DNA of 64,000 nucleotides, taken from the IMG/VR virus record IMGVR_UViG_3300028854_000012, positions 1 through 64,000 of that record; one strand, given 5' to 3'. Both the position numbers and the translations under genes were made by a program. Shown piece after piece: positions 10,410 through 21,067 of this stretch (positions are counted from its first letter, which is position 1; each line of letters begins with the position of its first letter). The stretch is from a virus. The notes under the pieces were generated by a model. That model was not told the origin of the DNA and did no database searches. It saw only the letters and a program-made list of their open reading frames with translations.

Positions 10410-13400
10410 GTGATCGGAAAATCATTATTAAGTAACTTTGTTTTAATTGACTCTGTAAAGGCCACCGACGATCAATCTATTCGATTTGGCAAGCAGATTT
10501 CTTGGTTAAGCTCCGATTTATTTTCTGTAACCAGTGATATAAACGCTCCATTTATATCTGATGATTTGTCTTTTTCTGACGCTGCTTATTTTGACGGTAG
10601 TGACACGAATTTTGGACAGCAATTTACAACATATAGTCAAAAAATAGATATTTTTCAAATTTTAAAAACTGATAAAAATTGGATTAATACCAATGATGAT
10701 ATTTTAAATTCAGTCCCAGTTAATACTATTTCTGTATATGGTAATAATAATAGTGATGCTATATATTCTGGAGCTATTGACAATATATTTTTAGCTGATA
10801 GTGGAAATCCAAATGAAGCAATAAAAATTTTTAACAACCCCTCTATGGCACATGGTTGGGCGGTATTTACCGCACAAGAACATCAATTAGATTCTGGTAG
10901 TATTGGTCAAGCATGGATATATGATTCCATAACCAAAATAAAACTCGCTGATTTAGAAGTTGTAGATTTATATGCAGGAATTCTTCCGGGATCAATTGCT
11001 AGTAATTTAGATTTTGTTTGTGATATTGATCCCGCATGTTATAATATTTCTCCATGGGTCGCCGGAACTATATATTCAATTGGTGATAGAGTTTTATATG
11101 GCGGTCAGATATATCAAGCATTATATGCAGGTAAAAGCGGAAGTATGTTCAATGCTGCATTATGGTCTATTATTACTTCTCAACCAATAGTTAATACCGA
11201 AAGTTTTATTAAATGGGGATCATCACAAGTTGGAAAAACATGGTTTAATACATCAAATATAAAAGTAATCAATGCTCAGTTAGGAGATTTAACTGAAAGA
11301 GCACAAAATTGGAATCAATGGTTTCCAAATTCAAATATTCAAATATTTGAATGGGTTAATAGTTCTGTTCCTCCAGCCCAATATATAAACAATGATGATA
11401 ATGGTTATGTTATTGATTTAAATTCTTCATATACTTATGATACTGCATCTTCTCAATATGGTTTTTGGGTATATGGAAAAAACTCAATTGGTCCATTGCA
11501 TAATCAAACAACCGCACAATTAATAGAAGATGTAAATAATATTCCAAATTCTGGAATTCCAATGATTACTGCTATTGATACAAATGCCGTAGCAGTTTGG
11601 AACATTAATCAATTTGTTACTAATAATACAGTTATCCTCCATATTGATTATATCAAAGAATCTGCAAACAATCAATTACATAATGAATTTGCCCTTATTA
11701 GTAATGATGGATCAAAAGCATGGTATAACACTTCTATATATCCCAAATTTGTTGATAGTTTGTGCGGTGTTTCAATAAATAATCAATTAGTTCCAGATTA
11801 TACTCTTCCAATAAACCAACAAACTGGGATATTAAATAACCCAGTTCAATCATTGTTTGTTGACCGCATTACTGCCATAGATATATATTTTACAACTATT
11901 AACAATCAATTAGCTAATTTGGCCATTGCAACAAGTGCTATTATTTCATCATTGAGTATTTTTGATCCTTTGCCAACCTTGGGATTTAATGAGCAAATAT
12001 CTAATAGAGAAGTTTTAAATGAACTTGATCCATCTTTATATCCAGAAAATTATCGTATTCTACTTACAGAAGATGACACATTAACTCCAACAGCATGGAG
12101 CATTGTTGCAATTATTAATGGAGAATGGCAAATTGCACAATATCAACTTTATAATTTAGCAAATAATTGGAAATATACAGATTGGTTTTCTACTAGTTAT
12201 AACAATAATACTCCAACATATATTTTGAATAATATAGGAGAACTATCTCAAATCACTTATGGTGTTGGGGATATTATTCAGATTAACAATGACGGCAATG
12301 GTAATAAAATTATTTTTATAGCAGCTACAAATGATATTGATTCCAATGTTATAGAACTTGATTCTATATATATTCAAAACGGAACCATTCAATTTTTACC
12401 AAATCTATATGATTTTTCTAATAGTGGTATTGGTTTTGATAATCAACCGTTTGATAGTCAGCCATTTGATAATGATCCATATATTGAAATTAGACTTATC
12501 ACTCAGATTCTTAACGATACTGTTTTTATCGGAAGTAATAGTTTAACTGCTGCGGCTGATGGTGGTTTTTATGCTATTTTACAATATATATTATTTGAAA
12601 ATCAAAATTTGGATTGGTTATTTAAAACTAGTTTTGTAACTGCCGATTATAATAATAGAAATCTTTCTATTCAAGGATCATTTGAACCTGATAATCAATC
12701 TTCTATAGAAGATTTTATTAGTGAAACTCTTCCATATCACACAAGAGTTAGAGAATTCCGTGATACATATACTGAAAATGATTATGCTAATGTTGGCGCT
12801 GTAGATTTTGATTTACCAGCACAATATGATTTTAATTATGCAAACATTATTTATGATTTTACTTCAAATCCAAAATTCAATACTCAGCTTCCATTAAGTG
12901 CTTTTAGAGGAAACACCGGCGTTTCGTTGGATTCTCGTGGTTACTATATTAATAGTAATGGAATTCCAGCTAACCCAACAATGACATCTAACATTCAAAA
13001 TTGGTCTTTTGGTTTAGTTAAATGTCCAATAACCACAAATATTAAATATGATACTGTATCAGATAATGGTGGTCCAATCGCTGTTGCCATTGATGGTGTT
13101 CCATTTTTCAGTCCAAACAGTGGAACAACCGAAACACTATACTTATATGGAAATATTAATAATCCACTTGCCAATGTAAATATTCAAAATTCATATACTA
13201 TAAATAGCGTTTGGTTAGCTCAACAAGAATCACTTGATCCGGGAGCAGGTTTTACAAACGAAAAAGGTGCATATCAATATCTTACAAATCCATATGTCAT
13301 GGCAAATGTTTCTATCGGAACACATAGTCCACTAATTGGATATGCTTGGGATGGAAACCCTATATATGGCCCATATGGTTATGCATATGCAAATGGAACG

Positions 13401-15392
13401 GGTGGTATTATTGTAAATACTTCAAGTTATCAATTATCTACTAATCCAAGATTAGATAAAACTGGTCAACCAATTATTAATGGTCTACAGATGGCTGTTT
13501 ATGCTTCTCCAACCGGAGAATATATTGAAGATTTTGTTTATGTTCCAAACTCTGGAACATTGGACGATTGTAATGGACGATTTGTTGTTACTCCAGAATA
13601 TCCATCGGGTATATATGCTTATTTTTCAACTGTTTCTCCTTCAAATGTTTCTATTCCTACATATCCATATGTTATTGGACAATGTTATAATTCTAAACCA
13701 TTTGGCCTTAAATATTTGTATGTAAATGGAGTAAACACCCCGATTTATATAAATGGTAATATTACTATACCAGAAGTTCCATTTATTAATACGGTTGATT
13801 TGGTTCGTTCTCCTGATGGTTCTATAGCATCCGATGATATTACACTACAGGAACCAATTTATTCTTTTTGGAATAATAATCATACTTATTCAATTGGAAG
13901 TTTACTTGTTGAAAGACCGGGAAGCGGATATTTAGATTTGTCGGCTAATATTATTGTTATTCCAACAAATAATGTTGTCGCACAGGTTACTGGTTTACAA
14001 GTTGTTTCTGCAAACATAGTATCAACTGGAAACAACTATTCAAATGGTGACATTTTAAATTTTGTTGGTGGATTATATAACAATGCTGCGGCTATACAAA
14101 TTACCAATGTAAATATTGCTAATGGAAATTCAATTAGTAACTTTACTTTGCTACCAATACAAAATCAAGAATATACAGCAGTTCCTTCTAATATATCAAA
14201 CGTTTCTATTTCATCTGCCAATAGCAATGGAGCAGGAGCTATTTTTAGTATCTCTTTTGGAATAGAATCTATTTCTGTTATAGATAATGGAAATAATTTT
14301 ATATATACTCCAACAATAACTGTTATTGATTCAAATGCTATAATTCCAGCAACAATTTATCCAGAACTTGAAAATAATTTAGTTCGTAAAATTGAAACTA
14401 CTATTAATTTTAATAGAGTTGGTTCTTCATCAGTATATCCAGAAGTATTTTTGAAAAATGGTCCTTTTGTTGGTTCATATAGTGTTCCAACTGGAACTAT
14501 TTTTGATTCCAATGATTCTACTGCTGGTCAGACATCTTTAAACATATCATGGCGACCTGAATTAATAAGTGACACTTCTTTAAGTTCAGAATATTCTCGT
14601 TTTGGAAATACCGCTGGTGTGTTTAATGCAACAATAGATCAATATATTATTGCAAATATAAATAGTCCAGACATAGATTCGTTAAGTATAAACGCAAATA
14701 ATTTTACTCTGGAATTCTTTATGAATTTTAGTAATTTAACCAACAATGTTGCGGTTATGTTAGATACCAGAAACAATATTTTCAGCGATAGTGGACTTGT
14801 TGTTTTTAGTAATTATGGAAATCTATGTATTGGTTCAAATACTGATACTGCTATTATATCAACAACATCTTTGCCATTTACTATCAATGATTGGGAATAT
14901 ATCACAATTCAAGGTAATAATGGAAATCTATATGCTTATATGAATGGACAATTAATTGGAACTGCAAATATTACATATAATTTTTCCGATACAAATTTAA
15001 CATTTGGTGCAGATGTTTCCGGTGGAAATATAAGTTCCGGATATATGGATGAAATTCGGCTTACTAAATCTTACAATCGATATATTCCCGGCATCATAAA
15101 TATTACTGTTCCAACACAAGCGTTTCCAAGATCAATTAGTGTTGATCCATATTTATTACCTGCATATACTCCTTTGTTATGGGGTTTTGAAAGTTTTATA
15201 AATGAAAGTAAAACTAATATTACTTTTGAATCTATAAATGCACAAACACTAATAAGTGATTTATCATGGAATCAGAAAAAATTACAATTAGTAAATTATG
15301 GTGCTAATCTTGTAATCGACAGTTCCACTTTAAATTCATTAAATGATCCACAAGATAGTGAAATTTTAGCAGCTACTTTAAATCAAGGATAA
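10410..15392 (+). CDS. Large virion structural protein with degenerate YHYH-like and LamG/ConA-like domains
   Basis: GPIAVAIDGVPFF…HSPLIGYAWDGNPIYGPYG…LDDCNGR (YHYH family); NFTLEFF…GYMDEIRLTK (LamG-like); own TAAATA + GAGGA RBS, GTG start. Confidence 0.8.
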   Translation: MIGKSLLSNFVLIDSVKATDDQSIRFGKQISWLSSDLFSVTSDINAPFISDDLSFSDAAYFDGSDTNFGQQFTTYSQKIDIFQILKTDKNWINTNDDILNSVPVNTISVYGNNNSDAIYSGAIDNIFLADSGNPNEAIKIFNNPSMAHGWAVFTAQEHQLDSGSIGQAWIYDSITKIKLADLEVVDLYAGILPGSIASNLDFVCDIDPACYNISPWVAGTIYSIGDRVLYGGQIYQALYAGKSGSMFNAALWSIITSQPIVNTESFIKWGSSQVGKTWFNTSNIKVINAQLGDLTERAQNWNQWFPNSNIQIFEWVNSSVPPAQYINNDDNGYVIDLNSSYTYDTASSQYGFWVYGKNSIGPLHNQTTAQLIEDVNNIPNSGIPMITAIDTNAVAVWNINQFVTNNTVILHIDYIKESANNQLHNEFALISNDGSKAWYNTSIYPKFVDSLCGVSINNQLVPDYTLPINQQTGILNNPVQSLFVDRITAIDIYFTTINNQLANLAIATSAIISSLSIFDPLPTLGFNEQISNREVLNELDPSLYPENYRILLTEDDTLTPTAWSIVAIINGEWQIAQYQLYNLANNWKYTDWFSTSYNNNTPTYILNNIGELSQITYGVGDIIQINNDGNGNKIIFIAATNDIDSNVIELDSIYIQNGTIQFLPNLYDFSNSGIGFDNQPFDSQPFDNDPYIEIRLITQILNDTVFIGSNSLTAAADGGFYAILQYILFENQNLDWLFKTSFVTADYNNRNLSIQGSFEPDNQSSIEDFISETLPYHTRVREFRDTYTENDYANVGAVDFDLPAQYDFNYANIIYDFTSNPKFNTQLPLSAFRGNTGVSLDSRGYYINSNGIPANPTMTSNIQNWSFGLVKCPITTNIKYDTVSDNGGPIAVAIDGVPFFSPNSGTTETLYLYGNINNPLANVNIQNSYTINSVWLAQQESLDPGAGFTNEKGAYQYLTNPYVMANVSIGTHSPLIGYAWDGNPIYGPYGYAYANGTGGIIVNTSSYQLSTNPRLDKTGQPIINGLQMAVYASPTGEYIEDFVYVPNSGTLDDCNGRFVVTPEYPSGIYAYFSTVSPSNVSIPTYPYVIGQCYNSKPFGLKYLYVNGVNTPIYINGNITIPEVPFINTVDLVRSPDGSIASDDITLQEPIYSFWNNNHTYSIGSLLVERPGSGYLDLSANIIVIPTNNVVAQVTGLQVVSANIVSTGNNYSNGDILNFVGGLYNNAAAIQITNVNIANGNSISNFTLLPIQNQEYTAVPSNISNVSISSANSNGAGAIFSISFGIESISVIDNGNNFIYTPTITVIDSNAIIPATIYPELENNLVRKIETTINFNRVGSSSVYPEVFLKNGPFVGSYSVPTGTIFDSNDSTAGQTSLNISWRPELISDTSLSSEYSRFGNTAGVFNATIDQYIIANINSPDIDSLSINANNFTLEFFMNFSNLTNNVAVMLDTRNNIFSDSGLVVFSNYGNLCIGSNTDTAIISTTSLPFTINDWEYITIQGNNGNLYAYMNGQLIGTANITYNFSDTNLTFGADVSGGNISSGYMDEIRLTKSYNRYIPGIINITVPTQAFPRSISVDPYLLPAYTPLLWGFESFINESKTNITFESINAQTLISDLSWNQKKLQLVNYGANLVIDSSTLNSLNDPQDSEILAATLNQG

Positions 15393-15393
15393 T

Positions 15394-17826
15394 ATGAGCA
15401 CAAATAGTTATATCAGAGCGACTGGAGATATTGATTATAATTTTAATTATAATGATTTCACTGTGGAATTTTTTGTTAAACCAGTTCCAGTTAGCCCTCT
15501 AACATCATTTTCAAATATAACAACCACTGCAAATATTACAGCTATTGATAATATATGTCCAATGACAGCAGGAGATACAACTGTTGGTAGTATTGATGGA
15601 TATGGACCACTACCTATTATTAGTCTTCCAATTATTGGAGATGAGTTGGTTGTTAGTGCATTTCCTAGTCCAGAGGAAAGTTATGTTTATACTGGATTAA
15701 TTAGTAATAATTTTGGTTGGGCTTATGCAAATGTATCTTGGGAAGGAACCCCTCCTGCTGGAAATGCCAATGGAATTGGAATTCCAATTATTGTGCCATC
15801 CGTTAGTTCATCTGTCAATATTGATTTTACCGCTAATCCGTATGGCAATGGAGGTGGTTCAAATTCAATTTTAAATTATATAGCTGGAACTAATTTAACC
15901 GCAACTATTACATGCAACGAAGCATCTGTTGGTGGACCTGATTCTGGTGTTGGAGAAGTAACTTCAATATTATTAACGAATATTCCCGGAACATTATTAG
16001 TTGTTAACGGATATAACACAACAGACTATGACATATATTCCACAGGCGATGCTTCATTAAATCCAGATAATGTAGTTCATACAAATGTAACTTGGGATGG
16101 TATTCCTCCAGCCGGAAATTCCAATGGCTTAGGTGTTCCTATCATTGTTCCAAATATTCCTGCAACAGTCACTATTGCTTTTAACTTAACATATGGCGGC
16201 GGATTATTTAATGAAGGGGTTGTTCAAATTGTATTTTCTGGAACTGGTGGTCCAGTTATTTTTGGAAATGGCTCATGTCGTGTTGATTTTATTTCTACTG
16301 GAAATATTATTCCAATAATACAACCAACACAAACATTGTTTGAAATTTCAAACAATGAATCTCCTGCTGCAAACTTATATACTAGCACCAGATTTTTAAC
16401 GGTTATAGAAAATGGAAATTTAAATTCATATGCAATTCAAATAATATCCCCATTTGTTGTTGGTGGTAATAGCAATGTATTTACTAGTCCAATTCCAATT
16501 TCAAATAATGATAAAATATTTTATAATGGCGAATTATTAAATGATTTACAATTATCTATATCTGGTAGTTCTATTTCATTATCCAATGTAAATATAAACA
16601 CATCTAACACAATAGTTGAAATAGGACAAGTATTATTTCAAGTTTTGGGTGAAGCTATAACTGAAAACACTCAACATTTTATTAGTGCGGAAAGAAGCCA
16701 AAATCAATTTTATTTGTTCTTAGATGGACAATTACAAAGTGCTCCAGTTCCAGCATTCAACGCAATTCCATCACAAGTTCTTACTAATACAATAAGCAAT
16801 TCAAATATACAACGCTATGACAGTCCTGCATTACTTACTATTGGGGCCAATAAAGATGGAAAAGACCCATTTTATGGTCAGTTTGGTGATTTTAAAATTA
16901 TCAATGGGACAGCGATACATATTCCAGAAACAGAAATTACCAATACCATATATAGTTCTTTCAATGACGCAAATTTAGGTTGTGGCATAGCCGATATCAT
17001 TGTTGAAGATGATAATTTTGTTGATAGTATTACTAATAATTTTCCAGAAGAATATATACCCGGACAAATATTTGATACTTTATACATTCAAGTATATCAA
17101 AGTAATACATCTAATGCCAATGCAAATATTCTTAGTTTTTCTTTATTTAAACCAACTATTATGGTTGGTCCAACTGGATATTATACATTTACTATGCCAA
17201 CGAGTAACTCAAAAATTAATTTACCATGGTCTTTTTTAGACGCCGCTGCTGCAAGCATATTAGTGAATGGTGTTGCAATCCCTTCGACATCATGGGCAAT
17301 TGATACTGGTGTTTTAAGTATTGTTGCTGCTCCGGGAAGCAATGTTCAAATATTTGCTACTGGACCAACTACATATTATGATGTTAATTCAAATTCGGTT
17401 TCTATTATTACTAGTAATCTATATGCCAATAGTTCAACAATTAATGTTGCCAACACCACACCTTTTATTACTCCAATTATTGGTAGCACCGCTAACATAT
17501 CAAATAATGCATTATTAAATGTTCGTGGACAAATTTTTATAAACCAAGAATGTATTACATATCTATATATTGATAGAATTGGAAATACTTTATCTGGATT
17601 AACTAGAGGAACATCTGGAACAGGTGTCCCAGAAATTCATAATATTGGTTCAAGAATAATAAGTTCTTCATATACAAATGATATTCAAAATTTAGCATTT
17701 GTTGATCCACGAACTGCTAGTTGGTATACATATCCATTAGCTAATACTAGTTTACAAAACACCAATTCAACAATTTCATCAGTGTTAGTAAACTTAGGTG
17801 GTTTACCACCAGTAACACCATTTTAG
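15394..17826 (+). CDS. Virion structural protein, LamG-like domain interrupted by the duplicated module
   Basis: DFTVEFF…HFISAER…FYGQFGDFKI; C-terminal 'GQIFINQECITY…LTRGTSGT…H' repeat seen in baseplate/tail proteins. Confidence 0.75.
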   Translation: MSTNSYIRATGDIDYNFNYNDFTVEFFVKPVPVSPLTSFSNITTTANITAIDNICPMTAGDTTVGSIDGYGPLPIISLPIIGDELVVSAFPSPEESYVYTGLISNNFGWAYANVSWEGTPPAGNANGIGIPIIVPSVSSSVNIDFTANPYGNGGGSNSILNYIAGTNLTATITCNEASVGGPDSGVGEVTSILLTNIPGTLLVVNGYNTTDYDIYSTGDASLNPDNVVHTNVTWDGIPPAGNSNGLGVPIIVPNIPATVTIAFNLTYGGGLFNEGVVQIVFSGTGGPVIFGNGSCRVDFISTGNIIPIIQPTQTLFEISNNESPAANLYTSTRFLTVIENGNLNSYAIQIISPFVVGGNSNVFTSPIPISNNDKIFYNGELLNDLQLSISGSSISLSNVNINTSNTIVEIGQVLFQVLGEAITENTQHFISAERSQNQFYLFLDGQLQSAPVPAFNAIPSQVLTNTISNSNIQRYDSPALLTIGANKDGKDPFYGQFGDFKIINGTAIHIPETEITNTIYSSFNDANLGCGIADIIVEDDNFVDSITNNFPEEYIPGQIFDTLYIQVYQSNTSNANANILSFSLFKPTIMVGPTGYYTFTMPTSNSKINLPWSFLDAAAASILVNGVAIPSTSWAIDTGVLSIVAAPGSNVQIFATGPTTYYDVNSNSVSIITSNLYANSSTINVANTTPFITPIIGSTANISNNALLNVRGQIFINQECITYLYIDRIGNTLSGLTRGTSGTGVPEIHNIGSRIISSSYTNDIQNLAFVDPRTASWYTYPLANTSLQNTNSTISSVLVNLGGLPPVTPF
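15523..16299 (+). repeat. Second copy of the ~260-codon module
   Basis: Aligns by eye with 6052-6840. Confidence 0.9.
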
Positions 17827-17841
17827 AAGATAAATAATATT

Positions 17842-17964
17842 ATGAAAGACTTAACAAGTGTTAAAATAAATGAACATCTAAAAATAGTAGTTAGTGAAAA
17901 AACATCGGTTAATAATATTGCAATAACGAATATAAAAACAGTTGTTTGTCAGAGGATGAAATAA
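17842..17964 (+). CDS. 40-aa leaderless late protein (MKDLTSVKINEHLKIVVSEK…VVCQRMK)
   Basis: TAAATA-N5-ATG; stop overlaps next start (TAATG); resembles the N-terminal strands of the next protein. Confidence 0.6.
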   Translation: MKDLTSVKINEHLKIVVSEKTSVNNIAITNIKTVVCQRMK

Positions 17965-18575
17965 TGAATCAACAAGACTCAAATGTTAGATTTGATATTA
18001 AAGGATACGTAAAAATAACCGATGCTATAACAAAAGAAGTTTTGTTTGATGGCGAAAATGGAATCCATTTTGAAAATTTTTCTGTAGCCTTAGCACAAAG
18101 TTTAGGAGGTGGACCTCTTGATCCATCAAATCCCGGTTTCATCTATACTATGAATTTTGGTAATGGAGGAACTACGGTTAATGCTAGTGGAATTGTAACA
18201 TACAATCCCCCAAACACAGTTGGTGCCACTGCCCAACTATATAATCAAACATATAGTAAAGTAGTTAACAATCAATTTTCAGCAGACATTGATCCTATTA
18301 ATAACAAAATTACATATAGTCATACTCCCGGAAAAGCATACACAGATGTTGTTATTGTTTGTAGATTAGATTATGGTGAACCCGCTGATCAATTAAGTTA
18401 TGATAACTCTAATGATATTAATACCCAATATGCTTTTGATGAACTCGGTTTATTTAGTTATAATGGTCAACTTCTTACACATGTGATATATTCTCCTATT
18501 ATTAAGAGTCTTAATCGACTTATAGATATTGGATATACTTTAAGAATTAGCACATTATCATCATTGTCAATTTAA
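17964..18575 (+). CDS. Baseplate/tail structural protein
   Basis: 'FDELGL…LLTHVIYSPIIKSLNRLIDIGYTLRI' C-terminus; ATG at 17964 with GAGGA RBS preferred over TTG 17946. Confidence 0.75.
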   Translation: MNQQDSNVRFDIKGYVKITDAITKEVLFDGENGIHFENFSVALAQSLGGGPLDPSNPGFIYTMNFGNGGTTVNASGIVTYNPPNTVGATAQLYNQTYSKVVNNQFSADIDPINNKITYSHTPGKAYTDVVIVCRLDYGEPADQLSYDNSNDINTQYAFDELGLFSYNGQLLTHVIYSPIIKSLNRLIDIGYTLRISTLSSLSI

Positions 18576-18588
18576 AGGAAATTAAAAA

Positions 18589-20295
18589 ATGTATACCATA
18601 ACTTTATCCAATGGAAATATTTTAACCGCAGTTCCAGATACCCAATTAGTTTCTTCATATGGTGGGTTAAATTTAACTGGCAAAAATTATGTAGGATATG
18701 GAACAATACTCGATAATAATATTGTTCATATGACAGAAAATTTTGCCGATAGCACCCCACCAACAAATCCATTAATAGGGCAAATTTGGTTTGATACTGT
18801 TTCTAATGTCCTTAATTTTTGGAGTGGAACCCAATTTAAAGCAATAAGTGTCATCACTAATAGTGCAACTGCACCACTTAATCCACAAGAAGGTGATGAA
18901 TGGTATGATAATATTAATCAACAATTAAATTTATGGAATGGAACAGCATGGATTGTTATTGGTCCAATCAATCAAGGTGGTGTAAAAGAAGGATTTATAG
19001 TTCAAAGTTTACAGACTAATAATGGAAATATTTATTATTTAGATTTATATGCTAATAATGAATTACTTGGTATTGTTTCTTCCGTTACGCTAACAAATCC
19101 AGATATTGTTGGTTTTGGAAATATTAGACCGGGTTTAAATTTTGTTACAAATCCAGAATCGGCTCCATCTATTATTGAAAGCGGAATATATAATGCTTCA
19201 GAAATAACGTTGGGAAATGCAGACCAAATTACTATGTATCCTGATACTTTTGATAATGCTATTGTTGAAGTTGCCGGTGGAAATGTTATGATTGCAACTA
19301 ATAGCACAACATTTGCAAATATTAAAGCCTTTAATTCAATGATAGATGGTAATATAGAAGGAACTGTTTATTTTAATAGAATTATAGCTAATAGTTATGG
19401 AAATCTTCCGGCCACATCTTCTCCCGGTATATCTGGACAAATTATTTATAATAATGGAACAAGTCTTGCTGGTTCAAATGCTATTACTGTTTTTGGTGGT
19501 AATATTACAGCATCAGTTGATCATCTTTTAGTTAATGATGAAGCTGTAATAAATGCCAATCTTACTGTAAATGGTTCGAATACTTTTATTAATGGAACAA
19601 TATATGCAGCAAATTATGAAAATCTTCCACCATTTAGTATTCCCGGATCATCTGGTCAATTTTTATATAATGATGGCTCTGGTGTTGGAGCAGCATCATA
19701 TATTACACTTAGCGGAACAACAATTAACATTTCAACATTAAATGTTGTCGGTAATTCTACTTTGAATACCGTAAATGTTTCCAGCACATTAAGAGTAACA
19801 GGAATTTCAACTCTTGGTGTATTAAATTCTGGAGCAACTGATGTTAACTTATTAGTTGTTGAAAACACAGCTAATATAAAAGGTAGCACCACATTAAATT
19901 ATGGAACTGCTGGTCAATTTAGTATGCCAACAACAAATGGAATTGAAAATTCTGTTATTTTATCAAATGGTGATGGAACTACTACATGGTCTAATGTTAG
20001 TATATTTGAAGAATCTGGATCAAACGTGAATGGACATTGGGTAATGTTACCGTTTGGTTTAATTATGCAATGGAATAATAGTGTTTTAAGTGGAGGAGTA
20101 GGTGGCACTAATTTTACTTTTCCAATTCCATTTACAAATGCAGCCAGTATAAATATTCAAGTATCAGAAGTATATACTAGTGGTGCCAGTATTATACCAA
20201 ATGTCACTAGTGGCTCCATAACTACTACGGGATTTAATGGCGGTGGTTCAGGAAGTTCACATACTAATATTAATTGGTATGCAATAGGATTTTAA
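18589..20295 (+). CDS. Tail fibre/baseplate-attached fibre protein
   Basis: N-terminal 'LNLTGKNYVGYG…ENFA…P.NPL.GQIWFD' attachment motif; C-terminal 'GLIMQW…FPIPF…NWYAIG' fibre tip domain. Confidence 0.75.
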   Translation: MYTITLSNGNILTAVPDTQLVSSYGGLNLTGKNYVGYGTILDNNIVHMTENFADSTPPTNPLIGQIWFDTVSNVLNFWSGTQFKAISVITNSATAPLNPQEGDEWYDNINQQLNLWNGTAWIVIGPINQGGVKEGFIVQSLQTNNGNIYYLDLYANNELLGIVSSVTLTNPDIVGFGNIRPGLNFVTNPESAPSIIESGIYNASEITLGNADQITMYPDTFDNAIVEVAGGNVMIATNSTTFANIKAFNSMIDGNIEGTVYFNRIIANSYGNLPATSSPGISGQIIYNNGTSLAGSNAITVFGGNITASVDHLLVNDEAVINANLTVNGSNTFINGTIYAANYENLPPFSIPGSSGQFLYNDGSGVGAASYITLSGTTINISTLNVVGNSTLNTVNVSSTLRVTGISTLGVLNSGATDVNLLVVENTANIKGSTTLNYGTAGQFSMPTTNGIENSVILSNGDGTTTWSNVSIFEESGSNVNGHWVMLPFGLIMQWNNSVLSGGVGGTNFTFPIPFTNAASINIQVSEVYTSGASIIPNVTSGSITTTGFNGGGSGSSHTNINWYAIGF

Positions 20296-20337
20296 TACAA
20301 TGGGATTTTAAAAGATAAATAAAACGAGGTTAAATAT

Positions 20338-20934
20338 ATGAAATTTTTTCAAATACCAATAGTCGCTATTCTTAGTGGTCTATTAATGACTTTACCAACT
20401 GGCTGCACTGTATCTCAAGCAAAAATCAATACAGTTGTTCAAAATATTGCAACATGGGCACCGGTTATTGTTAATGATGCAACTTCTTTAGCAGCAAACG
20501 TAGCATCTTTTGATCCTGATGATGCTGTTATTATTCAAAAATATGTCACAACTATTCAAACAGATGGAACACTATTAACTGCCGTATCAAATCAATATTT
20601 GGCAAATCCTTCGCCTATTTTGTTAGCACAAATTTCAAGTCTTGTAAGCGATCTTGCAACAACAGATTCTTCGGCACTTCTTGCAACATTACAAATTAAA
20701 AATGCAAATAGTTTAATGATTGCAAAAGGTGTTTTAGCAACAATTGCAACAGCAACCGTTATTCTCAGCACATATCTCACAACAATTAATGTCGCTGTCA
20801 CACCCGCTGCCGCACAATCCATTGAACAGATGAAACCAGTCGTAAATAAAGTAACTTTGATTGGTGAATTAAACAAAGCAAAAACACAAAATCTAATTCC
20901 TGAAAATACAACTCTGCAACAATTTGGATTCTAA
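20338..20934 (+). CDS. Putative lipoprotein, late-expressed
   Basis: Signal peptide ending LPTG-C; amphipathic helices; TAAATA upstream. Confidence 0.6.
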   Translation: MKFFQIPIVAILSGLLMTLPTGCTVSQAKINTVVQNIATWAPVIVNDATSLAANVASFDPDDAVIIQKYVTTIQTDGTLLTAVSNQYLANPSPILLAQISSLVSDLATTDSSALLATLQIKNANSLMIAKGVLATIATATVILSTYLTTINVAVTPAAAQSIEQMKPVVNKVTLIGELNKAKTQNLIPENTTLQQFGF

Positions 20935-20938
20935 TATT

Positions 20939-20974
20939 ATAAAAAGATGGTTTATTAATAAACCATCTTTTTAT
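20939..20974. terminator. Perfect palindrome, probable bidirectional intrinsic terminator
   Basis: ATAAAAAGATGGTTTATT-AATAAACCATCTTTTTAT. Confidence 0.75.
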
Positions 20975-21067
20975 TTTATTTTCCTTGACATGTTATTAAC
21001 TCTATGTAACAATAAAACTACATAAATGGTTGTATTCAAATAATTAAAAACAATTAGGTATATAATT

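Noticed and set aside
10363-10410. TAG read-through or alternative genetic code joining the two giant ORFs
   Set aside because: The ORFs are in different frames and the second has its own TAAATA and RBS; genes elsewhere are intact under the standard code
6052-16299. DGR template/variable repeat pair
   Set aside because: No reverse transcriptase in the window, both copies are in-frame coding, and the differences are not adenine-specific
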